A stretch of DNA of 64,000 nt from Amoebophrya sp. A120. Its lineage: Eukaryota; Protista; Dinoflagellata. The notes under the pieces are model-generated. The model searched no databases. It worked only from the letters and a program-made list of their open reading frames with translations, and was not told the DNA's origin. Position numbers and translations under genes: made by a program. Positions 47,037 to 58,800 of the stretch are shown here, one piece after another (the stretch's first letter is position 1; each line of letters opens with the position of its first letter). The DNA is taken from assembly GCA_905178155.1 (NCBI GenBank), contig CAJINV010000004.1, forward strand, positions 1 through 64,000, in the 5' to 3' direction.

Positions 47037-48534
47037 GGAGCAAGAGTTCCTCGGCCCTCGCTGGAGTCTATCCAGCTTGACATAGGGAAATCGAGCCGAG
47101 GATGCAGATAATTAGCCGACGAGTAAGGGATGAGTAAACCCCTTAAAAAAGGCTCTTTTACAGAGCGAGTCCCCGACGGACAAGCGGTTACTCTGTTGCG
47201 AAGGATTCGAAAGCGACTCACAGATAGAGACAAGTACTCAAGAGAACCATGAGCCATGCGGTGTGAATCGCCCATGAAATGAAATGCACATAAATTTTGT
47301 CGACGTTTTATATCAAATCTAAAAAATGTATGATGATCAGAGGAACAGTATTAATCCGAAAAAAAAAACGCAATATTAATAAAGTACTTGAACTCAGAAA
47401 ACTACTAGAAGGCACTAGGTAGCACGTCGTGTATGATTTAACTCGAACCGCATATCGGGGGGATAAGCTAGAAGCAAGCGCTCTACTTCACGCAAGCACT
47501 TTATGTTTATTTCTTATCGAAATATACAGTTGTGACCTACTCAAACCTCAATTCTGATTTTACTATAAATATACGGCGACGGACTGGAGTATGGAAGCAT
47601 GGTACCAAGGGCGACTATGGTTCTCTGAAGACGGTGGCTTCAGTATGTACAGAAGAAGTCCAATGATGAAAGGAACTGAGCTCGGTTATTTGTATTTCGA
47701 AAATTTTGCTCCACTACGACTACTATTGAAAATCGTTTACACAAAGTTTGTGTTACAAACCACTATCAGAATAATATTGTACTGATGTAGTCGTGCAAAA
47801 TTTGAAATATTAGATCGTGCTGGAGATAGTGGCGCAAAGCGAGATGCTTTTGTTTTGGGATTACTTCCTATGGGAAAAGACATGATAAAGAAATCAACTT
47901 GCGGCACTTTGTTGCAGTAAGGCGCTCAACGCATACAGATTTTGCGCGTTTTGGATTTGTAGTAATGCAACAGGACCCATGATCTTGTAGCATCGATGTG
48001 GTAAGACCTTGCGCTTACAGATACTTTTCACGGTAAGCAAGAAGAGTATAATTTTGTTATATTTTTCGACCCGTAAGTTTACTTACTAAGTAAACAGCTC
48101 TCGAAAGTATAATTGCAAGAATCTGGACCAAAAATCGCACGGCAAACTGGAAACTGTTAGACAGATTTGAAGAAGAAGGAAAAAACGTGATTTGGAAAAA
48201 GACGAAGATAGCCGGACTCTTCGTGATCGTGTTCTGTTCGAAGACTCTTGCACGGGCGCCAACTTTCGTAGTGGTGAGCGAGTCAAAGACTAGGAAAATA
48301 AGAACCCTCAAGCAAGTATAGCACGACCAGCACCAGCAGGCTCAGAGAATCGGCATCAAGTCAGCATCAGTGCTGTCTAAGTAAAAATCTTCCAGATTTC
48401 AATCACGCAACCTTTGGCGGGAGAAGTACAGAGTCCCTCGGAGTCCTGCATCCTCATGATGCAGTGAAAAGGAACAAGCAGCGAAAAACGTAGAGATTGT
48501 TGTTTGTGAGGGTGGCGATAAAGTAGCTGCTGGA

Positions 48535-51500
48535 ACTGTTATGTCGATCACCTCGATGATCCATTTCTTTCCCAGTGTCTTTCTACGGAGATCTCGTTCT
48601 TTTTTGGCGCACAACCTGGGAGCCGCCTTATGGATCTGTGCAGTTGCGCCACAATTTCCCGGCAGCCTCGTCCTTTTGGATTCTTGACTTTTGTTTGTCC
48701 TGCAGATTTCTTGTGAACTGCACGACAAAAAAAGGGTGCGAACCGGACAAAGGAGCAAAAGCGTGCGGAAAGTTGCTGCCCCTGTTCCAAAGATGCCACT
48801 GGAGTCTCGAGGCCCGAGAGGTGCCCTCTGGAGCAAGGGCAGCTGCTTTCCATGCGCTTTCCGGTGTATTTTTTGTCGTTCTTGGCTTCGATTCAGCGCA
48901 ATAGTCACGCACTTCGCCTGCACTGCCAACATCCGGCTCAGACATGTTCGTATTGCGAAATCGGGCGAAAACTTGCCCAAAGATCGCATCTCCGCAAGCG
49001 TCCGGGGACTGGCCTGAGTCCCTGGCCGAAATGGTGCCACATTTATGACACTTTGTCCGATGCTATGCTGTTCAAAAATTGCTCTAGGTTTGCGAAAATC
49101 ACAGCGCATCCACCAAGCGGTCACATTTTGGTGACCTCTTTATGAGGCTAACCACGGCGGCACGCTTTCAATTTTCCGGTCTAGCTTTGCGAAAATCATG
49201 GGTCGGGGAGGGGGGTGCCGAAAATGGAACAAAGCGAAGCCATTTCGTGCTCAAAACGGGTGGCCCCTTTATGAGCCTAATCAGCACGGCACGGAGCCAC
49301 TTTTCCGGTCTAGCTTTGCAAGAAAAGGACAAAGATCGCGACAGCAGGCGCTATGTCATCTCCAAAGGGATGTTTGGAACCATTCAAACTAATGGGATTA
49401 GCTAGATCGCAGCTGGGTGGTTGCCTTGCAGGTGGCAAGACAATTATCCAGCTATGAGGTAGCCAGTTTGTATCAGCTTACGGGGGGAATCAGCATTGAA
49501 AACGAAACGCGTTTCCACGATCTAAAAAATTTTTTTTGGAATTCGCTGAATTAGACATCTGAGCCTGTTATAACTGTTATGTCGATCACCTCGATGATCC
49601 ATCTTTTTCCCAGTGTCTTTGTACGAAGATCTCGCTTTTTTTTTTTTTGCAGGTGACAAGTGAAATGCCCAGTTTCAGTTTCAGATGCGCTTTCCGCTCG
49701 TGTTTCGCGGGGGTTACGCCGTGTACAGCAGGTCGACACTGCCAGGAAAATCGATGTGCGCGCCGCATTGGTCCATACAAATTAAAACCCTAAACCCTTC
49801 GGAAACATAAATCCGCATGCATACAGGGGGGTCACCCCTGAACCCTTTTTCGAACTCGGACCGGACACACGCATGGAAAATCCCCACGATAACGTCTATA
49901 GCCGTAAGCCGCGGCGGACGTTGCTATGCTGTGGGACGAATAGCAAGGGGGTTTGATATGGGTCGAGACTAAGCGCGATGTGCAGTGGAGTTGTGTCCGG
50001 GGTGTAGGTTCACTATCTATTCTAGCTCTTCCGTAGCCGTATCTTAGGCGCCCGCCAGGCCGTGGATGCAGATCGCCGCTGCGGAACGAACTGGCCAAGG
50101 GAGATACGGCCTGCCGGCGCAGCTTGGGCGGGACAGGGACGGGGGAAAGCGTTGGCGGGCGCAACAAGACACGGAGGTAGTTCTGAGATTGCGGAAGCAA
50201 GCTGTGGGCAGCAGTTGGCTCCAAGGCGTGAACAGAAAAAACAGAAACATGATGGCGATGATGATGATGATGATGATGATGATGCAAAGGAATGATGGAA
50301 AGGAAAAGAGTCGTCGTGTAATCCCTGCGTGCTCGAAACCCCAAGCGCCTGGCAAGCAAAAGAGTGTCAGTTGTTGTGTCGTTTTCCCCGTATTGCCGCC
50401 CTCTTCTCGTCTTTCGCGTCTCTGTGTTGTTCTCTTCTCGTGTGTCTCGTGTTTTGGTTAGCGCTAGCGCCGCTTCGGTTGTCTTCGCCCCTAAGGCTAC
50501 CAGCTCTGCTCCCACCCGCAACTGGTTTTCGGTGTGACCTGACCCCGACGAAACAAGGCTCCGTTGCGGGGTAATCGGATTGTAGGATGCCCAAAATGAG
50601 CCGGGGCCCTATCTTTGACACTGTCGAGCGGTGCACATCATAGCACGACCTCCCTATTGTCTGTACTGCCCGGCTCGGTTGTTCCTGTCTTAGGTCTGCT
50701 CGGGGACGCTTGGGCCTCTAATACCCCAGTCCGAGACTTGCAAGGTCCCAAAAACCTGGGCTGAAGTCTGCCAAGTGGGCAAGGATGAAAGCCCCCGCTT
50801 GGAGCCTCTTGCGATTCACTTCACTTCGCTTCACTTCACACACTGTTATGTCGATCACCTCGATGATCCATTTCTTTTCCAGTGTCTTTCTACGAAGATC
50901 TCGTTCTTTATGGCGATGCTAAGTACGGAAAAGTCAAAAATGTCCAAAAATTTCAGGGGTCGCGCATGTCGCCCCTCCCGTTTGACGGGAATTGCCGGCG
51001 CCCCACCTCATGCATGAGCAAAATAGCCGAAAGGCCCCGCTTTGAGGCAGTGAGAAAGGCAGACCGGCTTGAGTAGCAGCTGCTGGTGACCACATGGCTT
51101 CCGGTCCGCTCTGTCGCTTCGTCCGACGAGTGTGGCGCGCAGAGATTGGTCGGAGCGCTGTGCCGGCCGCGGCTAGCACAAGAAGGCGCATTGAAATCGG
51201 GTTAGCTAACTTCGAGCCCTGCGGCCGCCATCCCGTTGCCCCACACGCCGAGAACACTCGCCGCCCCTCTGAGGTTAAGGAAAAGGCAAAAAAACAGGGG
51301 CGCGGTGCGCTCTGGAGAGGGTTTGCCTGCGATGAGGTAAATGCCTTCGCAGTATTGCGTTGGCAAATGCAAAGCACACGCACGGCGCGGGACAGGGCGA
51401 AAAAAACACGCTCCGCCCGTTCGCAAACGATGCCGCGGCCTCTTCCGTGAGGTCCTCTAGAGGCTTGCCCTCCCCGTCTTTCATAGACCCCCACTGTGGG

Positions 51501-51956
51501 CTCCGGTTCCCGACATCCTGGCAAGCCCCACGTCGAACGCACTCGCCTGTTGCTCATTTCAGAAAATAAAAGTCCGGATCCACCCCCGGACAAAAAAGAA
51601 GCAAACGGCCCTTCGGCTACCCCTAAAAGGGCTTTTTTGGGTACCCCTAAAGAAGCTTTGCGCGCTATGTAGATGCAGCTGGTTTCGGGGTGGTGTGCCT
51701 GAGCACAGAAGCACGGCGCCTGGCCCGTATGCAGAGGGGACTCGCCACACTGCGTCAATGTGACTCCCCCGGGGGGGTCTTGCGAGTTCGACAGCCAGCG
51801 CCCCCCGCGGGGACGAAGGGTCGGCACACTGGCCAGCGTCCTTCCCATCATACGGTGTCCATTTTTCCTTTGGCACTGCATCGGCGCAAATATGTCGATC
51901 ACCTCGATGATCCATCTTTTTCCCAGTGTCTTTCTACGAAGATCTCGTTCTTTTTG
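48535..51956. repeat. Array of four ~65-bp direct repeats with three unique ~1-kb spacers
   Basis: TATGTCGATCACCTCGATGATCCAT..CCAGTGTCTTT..AGATCTCG at 48540, 49578, 50847 and 51891. Confidence 0.92.
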
Positions 51957-52827
51957 CGATGAAGATGAAGAAACCTGCTGATCATGAGCGTAGATTAGAT
52001 ATCACGTCTATATGTCGAGTGTTTTTTTCTGATGATAAACAAAGTCGCCTATATTACACAAAAAAACCGGTGGATCCTCAACATGGAATATGTTCTGCTC
52101 GTTCGCGAATTATGTGTTTCAAGTTCTTTCTTTCGCGAATGTGTTTCAAGTTCTTCCGTGGATAGATCTGTCTATAAATGTGTTTAAAAAAGTTCCGCAC
52201 CTCCTGCAGGGAATGGGAAGCTGCAAAGCTGGCTTCTTATAACTTGCTGCCGTCCACGCGGCCGCGGCCATTCATGCCTCCTTTTCTTGCCGGTATTAAT
52301 TCATCAGCATTTTAAGAATGAAGAGTTTTTAAGATTTTTGCGGCAGTAGAAGTGTACTCAGAATCATTTCAAATCATTTCAAACAGGAACCGCCTATTAT
52401 TTTCTGGTCCTCGTAGTGCTTGGCGAGAAAAAAAACTAGAACTCTATGAAGTTTTTTCGACACCGTGGCCGTCCTCGTGATTTCGCTGCAGCTCCAGCTC
52501 GTGTACCTGTCTACAAAAGTTGTTTTTTTGCAAGACAAAGAACTTTTTTTCCCACGGCCGTCGTGAGCATCTATTCGCTCTTCCTCTGCGTCACCGAGTT
52601 CGTTTCCGAGATACATTCTGGCGCGTTATGCATTGCATACATTCTGACCGCGTCTGGAAGTAGACCAAGAAAAGTGCAGATGTCTACTCGTCCTATCCAG
52701 CTCTTTGTGGACGATCTGCAATATTATTCTGTGTCGTGTCTGCAATGTAGGTACCGCATGGCATGATAAGTTTTGCTCGGGAGGTTAAGTACTTGTTCTC
52801 CTTCTTCATGCCTAACCTGCACGAGGA

Positions 52828-55800
52828 ATGATCGTGCCCTCTTTGATGGGACGAGAGAAGCACTGCGCCTCTGCTCTTGCTGACTATGCAAAAAATCACT
52901 TTTTTGTCATGTTGTACTGCAGAATCAGAATCACAACAAGTTTCCATCCTCCCACATCACTGCTCTACCGAGTTGTCATGTTTGCAATGCATGCGCGTCA
53001 CCGCAGCGCAAATCTTCGACGACGAACACAATTGGGAAGGTCTCAGGCATGTTCCGGGAACGTTCCGAAATGAGTCCCGGGGCAAGTTTCCGAGCAATGA
53101 GCCTCCGGGGGAGGTAGGTTGGTCCGGAACAAGGCCCGGGGCAGGCTCCTGCGCAGGCGTCCCGCGAGCAAGGTGCTCCTCGGGGGATATTTGCGGAAAT
53201 AGCTAGCCCCGCCGAGGGGGCCACGAGGGTGGTCCGGGCCCTGTCTTTGTCGGCGAGAGTGCTTCGCATCGTCGAACCGAAGTGCCGACCTTCGGCACCG
53301 CCAGCCGCCGACGTGCTCTTTGATGGGAGCGTCGCTGTGGTTTGATCCGGTTCGGGGGCCTCGCAACCCTAAAACGGCCAGAGGGCCACCCCGGGGGTTT
53401 TTGGGTTTCTGAAGGAGGGCAGGCTGCGAGGTGTCACGGCATCGGAGGTCGTCTGGGTGTTGGCTCGGCGCAGCCTGCCAGGCCTGCCCCCCTCTCGGCG
53501 CCCGGCGTGGATGGGCCGGCCCCCGTCGTCGGGCGGGCCCGCCGAGGATTATCTTGTTGTCATCGCGCGCGCCCCCGAAACGCTTTGTTTTATCGCATTC
53601 CAGCAAACGAAGCCGCATGCCATCGTGTAACGCGCGTTACACGATGGCGCTCTCCCTTCATCCTGTCTCCTGCTGCGCTGGTGTGGCATGCTCCCGGCCG
53701 TAGACGCGCTGTCTCGCCACAGGGCGACACTCGCTCTCGCGCCCCCCCTCCGGTGCAACACCTCAAAGAAAGGCCTCCCTTCTTGTCGTGCCCACAGCCG
53801 CGAGCACGGACGGGGGCTCGGCTGTGGGGGAAGTATGCTGCATCGTGCTCATCTTCGGTTGATGTGCAAGCGTGTTGCCGTAGCGTTTGGCCGTCGTTTA
53901 GGTGGTTCATCTTGGTGGGCTGCTGTCTCGCACCAACGTGCAGCCGGCATCCACTTGAGCAGTATAGACCGGCGGAAGGTTGGGCCCTCGTTGCCTGGAA
54001 CCCCGGTGCCCTCTTGTATTGCCCCAACCGGAAACCGGCCCGACAAGTTCTGCGCAAGTTCTGGGCAAGTTCGGCACCCCATACATCTAGACCCATGCTT
54101 TCGGAGTAACACATCACTGTTCTACTGATGCATGTTTGCAATGCATGCGCGTCACCGCAGCGCAAATCTTCGACGACGAACACAATTGGGAAGAACCAGC
54201 ACCCACCGTCCAGAAAGCAGCACGACAGGGAGGCAAGAAATTATGGTCAGAGCAGCGCAGGAGATCATGCACCTCCAGCAGCCGAATCTGAAGGAACAAC
54301 GCTGTCAGGAAGATCCTCCTCCTCGGCCTCAAAAACTACAGGGGCGCTACAAGACCGGGACAAATCAAATTCAGACTCCCCACGAAGAAGTAGAAATGCT
54401 GACTCGGCTTCCGCCACAGCACACGTTGTATCTCCGACCGAACATCAAGATCAAGAAGCGGAAGATGCGACGCGGGTGCAGCTTGAAACTCAAGAACAAG
54501 AGCGCGATGTTGATCAAGCGTATCCTGCTGATGTGCAAAAGTTGTATCGTTCATCTTTACTCGGTCTGTCCACTGCGATCTTGCATAACGCACGTGAATT
54601 TGATTTTACCTCAAACCGCACGAGGAAGTTCATTTGGCCTTTACAGAAATAAAACTGTCGTGGCTGATACTAGTCCCAGTAGTCGTGCTTCACATAATTA
54701 CCCATATTTTTCGTTGTTTTGGTTTTCGTTTTCCTTTTGCAATGCATAAAGCGACGTCTTCATCTTCTGTACCAATTGGAGTTGAATCTGCTCCAAGTAT
54801 CTCAGCAGCAGCAAGCGGTGCGACGCGGTTGCAGGCGGACCGCAAGAAGGACGTCCAGAGACGAGGAACATCAAGATCACACCCTGCTAGTACTTCTTCA
54901 TCAACATCGAGGGCCGCCAATCAACGGCAGGAGCCACCGCGTAGAAAGCCGCGCGAAGTTGTATTGAAGAACGCCGATCCTCCTGATGGCAGTGGCACCA
55001 CCAGGACCTCCAGGAGAATTAGAAACGACGGCCGTCATCAACAGCAGAATCAGCATGAACAAGATGCTCCTGCTCCCGCACGAGGACCTCCACCGCCACC
55101 AGACAACATTGTCCATCTCACAGAAGGACGAGAACAGAAGAAAGAACCTCCAGTCGACACCGTCGACGTCTTATCAAATGCAAAAATGTCTGGGTCTGGA
55201 AACTTGTGATGCTGCGTGGCGTAATATCATGAGGGGATCACAAGTGCTGGCTCAGCATGACAAGTTTCTGAGCTTCTAGGTGTTGCCTATTCTGCGTGAC
55301 AAACTGCGCTTCTGCATGACAGAAAAGTGGCGCGCTTGGGTAACGTGCATGACAGATTTGGGAGTCATGCCAGACAAGCATGACAAACATGCACTCTTCC
55401 AGACCCAGACATTTTTACATTTGATACGTCTTTTCCGATGGTGAAGAAATGGTTCTCACGACAGGAGACAACGCGGAGCTCCTTGCCCAAGCTGGAGATC
55501 ATGCGCTCTCGTCAAGCGGAGGTCCTCCCGCAGGTAGTGGCGCGACGGCGCGTCTGCAAGAGGATATTAGAAATATTGACAGGCCGAGCAGGACGGGTGG
55601 CGGAACAGGAAAAATAAATGCACTTCCCACCCGAAAGCATGGCTACCAGGAGCAACATGGTAGTACTTCGGGTGGGAACAAAAGAACGAAACAGTCAACA
55701 TCTCCTGGGTGGTCGTCCCCAGAGGCAGAAGAAGATGTTGTACCAAAAAGACACTATCTGAGTCCACCTCGAGAGGATCATGTTGACAGTGATGCCGCGG

Positions 55801-58800
55801 GGAGGGCCTCTCCGGATGAAAAACATCAACAACGAGGAGCAAACGAGGAAATTATGGACGACCCCTTGTCATCTTCTTTCGTCGAACTGCAGAAACAAAG
55901 GACGGCTGGTTATCAAACGGAGCTCCAAAAAGCACAAGCCCGCGAAGCAGCCTGGCAGGCGCAACTCGCTGCTGCTCACGGCATGACTACCTGTAAGCAT
56001 TTCACGTGTTACGGCACGGGCCAGCCGCAGCATACAACAACCGCGATAAAGTCCCGCTTTTACTCCAGCGTTGTGGCCTCCGGCACGCCCGCACAGGCGG
56101 GGTCCGCAGCGCAGCAGGTGCTGAAACCGGCCGCCAGCTATTTACAGTAAATTTCCTGTACACGACGTACAAATGCGGTCTCTGCATGGCAAATCTAGGC
56201 TTCGATCCTAGTTTAGCATGACAAGTTTCACAGTCCAAATCGGGGAAATTTGTGATGCATCTTGTACATGTACGGGAAATTTGTATTGCATACCAGCCGG
56301 GAGCAATACGCCTGGCGGTTGGACACGGAGGACGAATGCAACGGCAGCGAGACCTATGACCCTGCACAACTCCCCCTCCCCCTCATTTGTCATGCAAAAT
56401 GCCCGTATTTACTCTTTGCCTCTTGGCACTGTTTGCAGGACAAGTTTTGGTAGCCCAAATAGCACGACTATAATCCAGCGCAAATTTCCGATGCAAAACC
56501 AGCATTCTTGCTGATGCTTGTATTGCCGGTCAACATGCTATACAAATGAGGGGGAGGGGGAGTTGTGCGCTGTTATAAGTCCGGACAGTACTTCAAAAAA
56601 ATCGGGTGCCAGGACGTGTGTTGCAACATGGTCTACTGCATTGCGGACGACGAATGGAAGGTGTGGCCGTTTCAGAAATTTCCAAACCTCCGCACCGCCC
56701 AGGCCGCAGTGGTGCAGGAAAAGGGTAAGGCCACGTATTTCCAATCCCCCAATGCGCTGAAGCACCACGTCGTGCGGGCGCCCAATTGCGTTGGCCCCGC
56801 GGACCACGTGGGCCGGAAGGTGTACGCGCGGGTCTCCGAGTGCCACCGGTACGTGGGCTTCTTTCACCGCGACTACCGGCACAAAAAGAAGCCCGAAGCG
56901 CGGACCTACCGCTTCTTTCCCTACCTGGCGCACCTGAAGCAGTCCACGCCAGTGGTCTGGAATGCGATTGACCCCGCGAATCTGGTGGCGGGGACCGCGG
57001 AGCAGGGCTCCTTCTTCCGGCTGGTCACTTCGGAGACCGAAGACGGTCCGGCCATCGTGCAGTGGGCGAGCGAGCACCAGGAGCAGCTGCTGGCCGCGCA
57101 GCGGTACATGGAGGGCCAGATGAAAAAAGCCGCGGACGTCGGTAGCAATATTACGTACACCAAGCAAGACACGTCGATGGAAAGCCTGATCCGCGCCCGG
57201 AAGCCTTTCTTCCAGGCGCGCGAGTACCTGCAGGTCCCGGTGGGCGGGAACCCCTTTGTGCCCATCGGCTACTGCTGTCAACACGTGGTATCAGCCTGGA
57301 CAAGTCCCCGTCCCCGTCTTCCCTCCTCTTCTTGACGACATAAACGCCAGGAGCCGCGGAGGTGCTGGCAGTATTAATATTTGGGGCTCGCGCCGCCGTG
57401 TTGGCACAACGGCGCGGGGATCTGCGCATAACAATAGAAAAGCAGTACTGCTACTGCAGCAACTAGAAACAGTTCGAAGAGGCTTGGCCGAAGAGCTGGA
57501 GCGTGCTTTCTTTGGGGCTGACTGTTCCCGGAAGGGCAGCCGACGCACTAACGCCGCGCGATGATGGCAAACAGCTTGATGGCAACAAAGTACAAAAACA
57601 AAAAGGAAGAGCACGCGTAGCCAGGAACATAAAATGAATAAGAAAAGGCGGCCAGCAGAGCGACCGGCCCACCAACTGCAGCCCAACGCCTAGCGCGCCA
57701 GATCCGTCCGGCCTCTGTAGTGCCAAAAGCCGGGTCAGGTAGAGGTCGATAAGGGCACGCGCTTCCGCTTGGTGCGCCTCACCGTAGTTGTGCCGTCTGC
57801 CTTCTAGGAAATGGAAAGCAGACCCGCGCCGGGCGGCCTCCCCTCCTTCTACTTCAGCTACCCAGCAAGCGCAGGCAGCTAGGGCGAGAACGCCAGCGAG
57901 CCTTTGCGGCCCGCAAGTGCGTTTTTGTTTTTAGGTGCGGCTCCTGGCCGTCGCGTTGGTACTCGTCGTAGCAGGTGGCCGCCCGGCGTGGAAAGAAAAC
58001 GCTACAACCTGCCGAAGGCACCTGCGCCGCTGCACGGACGTAACCTCTGCGGCGGCTCACATCTGTTGCCTTCGCATCAGCCTGCCGCTGTGCGCCGAAA
58101 GTTTCTCTTGCGTATGGTCTTGGGCTTGTTGTGTGCATGCTTTTCCATCCGGGCTGCCCTTCGGCGAGGCTACTTGGCCCGATACCCTGTAGCAAGCAGC
58201 AGGACCACGCAGCTGCTGGCGGTTGCCTCCCAACAAATCTAAGTAAGAGGCACGCCTGCCAGTGCTGTTTATGTTTTTGAGTTTTACTCTCGGCACCGGC
58301 GGCCACGCCTCACAGCATGGAGGCAACAGCCATGCGGCTGGTTGTTTCTGATGAATTAGCCCCAGCCCCACCGCGTTTGGTTCGTTGCTTCTGTGCTCCC
58401 GGTGTTGGGCTTCCTAGGCAAGCACCAGGGGCAACAGGAACAGACCGGCCGGGTAGCTGCAGCTGATTAGTGTGAGAAACGATAAAAAAGCCTTTTGGCT
58501 GTCGAGCTGTAGGTGCTCGCTATAGGCGGAAGCTGTAGAGCTTAGGCTCTAGAACATCACCAAACAGCTGTAGAGATTCAGCTCTAGCGATTGAGCTCTA
58601 CAGGTTTTTGAGCTCTAGAGGCGTTCGCCCTAATCGTTATCAATCTTTTTTCGCAGGAGCGTGGTGATTCACCAAGGAAAATTAGGAAAAAAAAGGACAT
58701 CTCTAGAGATTTGATCCTTCTTGGCCCAGGTTTGAGCCTAGTCTGCACCACAGTAGCATGCAGATTTCAGAAATAAAGCAAGTAGCCTTCTTTGAGCCTT

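Noticed and set aside
49785-49798. Telomere-like AAACCCTAAACCCT
   Set aside because: Only two units, too short to call a telomere remnant.
50256-50284. Poly-His/poly-Met ORFs
   Set aside because: They arise from a (GAT)n microsatellite inside a spacer.
48535-51956. Calling the repeat-spacer array a CRISPR
   Set aside because: The spacers (~1 kb) and repeats (~65 bp) are far outside CRISPR norms, there are no cas genes and the context is eukaryotic. Kept as a repeat and a finding.
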